This document shows, piece after piece, positions 60,610 to 64,000 of a stretch of 64,000 nt of DNA. The stretch comes from Entomortierella parvispora E1425 (lineage: Eukaryota > Fungi > Mortierellomycota): assembly GCA_020891255.1 (NCBI GenBank), contig BQFW01000005.1:558001-622000 (forward strand). The letters run 5' to 3'. Position numbers and translations under genes: made by a program. A model generated the notes under the pieces. The model was given only the letters and a program-made list of their open reading frames with translations. It did no database searches and was not told the origin of the DNA. The stretch's first letter is position 1, and each line of letters starts with the position of its first letter.

Positions 60610-62392
60610 ATGACCGAGACTCATTCATTCCGCGTGCTGGAGTTTTATTCTGGAATTGGAGGCATGGTACTGTGAGACTCAATAGACTCAGCCGGGAGCA
60701 AGCGGAGATGCTGTCCAGGTTGATAAAGAAAGAATAGGAACGATCGCTATCGCTGACCACGCCCTCGTATTTTGGTCCATTTATATAGCACTATGCCTTC
60801 AACGAGTCAGGACATTCAGGCGAGATCGTGCAGGCTTTTGATATCAACACCACAGCAAACGAAGTGTATGCCCATAACCATGGAAAGAAGCAGCTGTCGC
60901 AGAGAAATATCGAGGCTGTACCGATCGAGCTTTATGACCAAAAGAACGCGGACGTGTGGTTGATGTCGCCACCCTGCCAGCCAGTATGTCAATGATACAG
61001 AAGTTCATCACATCCATAATTTCTTTTCTTTCTCCGCGGTCATAGAGGCTTTTCGGCTAACATATAAGTGTTTCAATTTATAGTACACAAGGACAGGAAA
61101 CCAGGAGGGAAGCAAAGATACCCGGGCGAAATCATTCCTCTACTTGATGGATATTCTCCCCAAGATGAAGAACCCTCCCAATTATATCCTTTTGGAGAAT
61201 GTTAAGGGCTTTGAAGAATCTGACAGTCGAGATATTTTGGTCTCGACCCTGATAGAAGCTGGCTACGAGTTCCAAGAGATGCTTATTACGCCTTTGCAGA
61301 TCGGGATCCCCAACTCTAGGATGCGCTACTACTGTTTGGCGAGAAAGGTGGCCAAAGTAGGATCGTTTGTTCGACCTGTAACGGGAACACTGATTGGATA
61401 TATCCCTTCGTTGGATCTGGAGGATAAGGAGGGTGGACAGGAGTTTGTCGATGGCCGGAAACAGGGCGATCTTTCTGGCCTGTCCACTTCAGCGGCGGTC
61501 AAGAAGCAGAAAACAGGTGTGACAACATCTGCTGTGACCAAGGATACAGAGGAGGCTTCAAAGCCGGACGAGGATGCGATTTTGGCCGATCCCATGTTGG
61601 CGCTCAAGGTGGAGACATTGGAAAAGTACATTGACTTTAGAGATGTGAACGATCCCAGGATGAAGCAGTACATGATCCCAGACAAGACTTTGCTCAAATA
61701 TGGGCGTTTGTTTGATATTGTCAAGGAGACCATGCGCCGCAGCTGTTGCTTCACCAAAGGTAAGAGAATTTGTTTATTTGTTTTTGTTTTGTTTTGTTTT
61801 GTTTTTCCTGCAGGCTGAAGAATGCTGCTTCCGAGGACAAAAACTTGATGTAGTTTCCTAATCTCATAACCGTTTGCTTCGTAGCGTACTATCACTTTGT
61901 GGAGTCGACTGGCTCTATTTTCCAAATGGAACAGGACAAAGATGTGAGTGGATCCAAATGTCGAGTCCAAGTTTTCACCTTTACGGACGTTCGTGCTAAC
62001 ATTATTGGTGTTTTTTTCGTTTTCTTTTACTCTAGACTGCTACAACTTTTGACGAGGCTGAGGCGCTCAAGGCCAAGGCAGAGCCAGAAACCAAGGAGGC
62101 CGAAGAGAACAACGCCAACGCACTGGAATTGCTTCGGTCCCTTGGACTGCGCTACTTTACAGAGTTTGAGGTTGCCAAGTTGATGGGCTTCCCTTATGCG
62201 GAGGGAAAGTTTTCGTTCCCCAAGTCGACTTCGCTCAAGCAGAGATATCGTGTTTTGGGCAACAGCATTAATGTCAAAGTGGTCTCGCAATTGATCCGCT
62301 ATCTCTTGACATCCAAAGATGATGCTTCTTCAGCGGCGAGTACTATTGAGAATGGAGTCGAGGCCGTGCCAGCAACAGAGTCGACAGCGTAA
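60610..62392 (+). CDS. DNMT2: DNMT2/TRDMT1 tRNA(Asp) C38 methyltransferase, 5 exons
   Basis: RVLEFYSGIGGM (motif I), AFDINTTAN, WLMSPPCQP (motif IV), LLENVKGFE, GIPNSRMRYY, the DNMT2-specific CFTKAY, LRYFTEFEVAKLMGFP and LGNSINV. Confidence 0.95.
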
Positions 62393-62536
62393 ATCATACC
62401 AAAGCCTATCCAGTTCACTTTTTTTTTAGCACTTTTGTAATTATATTGCATTCGCATTGAAATATCTGTCCGACAAATGAAACTTCGTTTTCTGAAAAGC
62501 GGGTGTGGTTGGATTTATTTTCGTGAAAAGAGTTGT

Positions 62537-64000
62537 TTACTTTCTACTCTCTTCGTTTTTGGCCTGGTCTTGAATTGCATCCAGGAATCCTTGCACTCCT
62601 ATGAATAAAAAAAACAACGCCCGCCACCGTAATCTTTCGCAGTGAGTGCATGGCCAAATGTTTTTTCACAATGGATCTCCAAGGTAATAGGAGAACCGTG
62701 ACCATCACTTACCATCTCCAGCATTGGGCCCGAGTCCAAACTGTCTCAGCAGAGGGCCTAATTGTCCGGATTCCAAGGCGGTGCTCAAGGAGACCAAAGC
62801 CTGTGAGAATTGAGGTGTCCGAACGACGGCCTGGATCTCCTCTGGGGTCCTGTTTGAGTTCTCAGGCAAATGAGGGAACAAGGCGGCACAAATCTCTGGG
62901 TTGTTCAACAACGGTGCGACGGCTCCTGGTGTCAAAATGTGGTCTAAGCGAAGGTTGGAACGCTGTCGTTGTTGCTGGAGCGCCTCTATTTTCGTTGTAG
63001 ATCAGGTGAAAAATAGAGTAAGGTGTTGCATTGTAAGTACATGAAGAATGAAAGAGGGGAATCCGGGATCCAATGCTGATAAGGTGATATGGGGTTGTTT
63101 TCGGGCCGTTCTTACGAGGTGGAACCTGGATTCCTCCCAAGAGATGACGAAGTTGATCCATTTGTTGTGATGTCAATGATGATCCTGCTGCTCCTGCGCC
63201 TGCGCCTGCAGCGGCAATGGGTGCTGCCGGAGCAAAATCAGTAGAGGGGGCGATGGCTGCTGCAGAAGCTAACAGTAGCACATGAGAAACAAATCGGCAA
63301 TGTCAGTCCTGAACCTCAGCAAACACAACACACCTGTGCACAAAAAAGGTCAAATGTTTTCGTCAAAGCTGAAAGAGCCATGTCTTCTCATACCTTCGAC
63401 ACCTTCCATGGCAACATCCTCTGATTCCAAAAACTCTTGTTCATCCTCGTCCTCTTGCAACTGAATCAAAGAGTTGAGCTGCTCCAAGATGATACTGTCG
63501 CGAGCGGTGCTCGCCTCCTGAAGCCAAAAGAAAAGTTTTTCGGACGACGACTGAAATTGAAGCATGATCACTCGTCCTGTCGTGCACTGAGGAACTGTCA
63601 CCACCTCTGCGTCGCCGGGAAACAGGATGTAGTCCTAGTTCAAACAATACACCATCTCATGGTGTTAGTCTTGTCGAGCTTTCCTTGCGTTCTGCTGGTC
63701 ATACGAGACACACATCGGGTCTTACATCCTCAACCGTTCCTGTAGCAATGTTCTTCCAGTAAAAGTGGGTCAGGCCGTCTTCCTTGTCCAGATACACGAG
63801 CCTAAGGAGAATGAGGAGGAGCGCATTCGATGAGAAGAAAGTGGTGGGTGAGTCAGGCCAAAAGTAAAAGTAGCATTGTCCCTGAGTCATGTCAATGCAG
63901 GGGAGGTGCAACATGCACTGTACCCTTTAGCAGGCTCTGGCTTAACGATATTAGTTCCTGCTGTCCTGAAGCATCGTCCTGCCCTGAATTCCAAGAGGTG
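62537..64000 (-). CDS. RPN13: Proteasome ubiquitin receptor Rpn13/ADRM1 (5' end outside the window)
   Basis: Pru domain LLEFRAGRC...VKPEPAKG|LVYLDKEDGLTHFYWKN...ED|...GRVIMLQFQSSSEKLFFWLQE; C-terminal DEUBAD-like VVRTPQFSQALVSLSTALESGQLGPLLRQFGL...GVQGFLDAI. Confidence 0.93.

Noticed and set aside
2216-64000. Apparent clustering of ubiquitin/proteasome genes (F-box x2, RANBP9, UBC9, RING, RPN13)
   Set aside because: These classes are abundant and are interspersed with unrelated genes; there is no sign of shared regulation.

Overview
This is intron-rich fungal genomic DNA, not prokaryotic. The best fit is Mucoromycota/Mortierellaceae, inferred from the F-box/LRR and FAD-monooxygenase family types, DNMT2 and short GT-AG introns. 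I built about 19 protein-coding genes by hand from splice sites: cytochrome b5, two intronless F-box/LRR proteins, a RANBP9/10-like CTLH subunit, two inverted POT/PTR2 peptide-transporter paralogues, RPL24, GTPBP2, an acidic orphan, UBC9, gamma-glutamyltranspeptidase, an LRR protein, an EXD3/Mut-7-like exonuclease, an Mso1-like protein, an FAD monooxygenase, a PA-RING E3, a CorA Mg transporter, DNMT2 and RPN13 (truncated by the window edge). No tRNA, rRNA, snRNA or CRISPR array is supportable. The most notable unexplained signal is a heavily decayed minus-strand ORF at about 58.8-60.4 kb. Its motif order resembles a Fanzor/TnpB-type RuvC nuclease, and a stem-loop lies just downstream where an omega-RNA would be. 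This is inference from remembered motif layout and needs a profile search. Other leads: a promoter 11-mer at the same position upstream of both POT paralogues, repeated CTCGG-N8-CCG and GATA sites, a duplicated stem-loop motif in the long RPL24 intron, a Homol-D box, a GC-AG intron, and a Zn-finger-like N-terminus on the Mso1-like protein.
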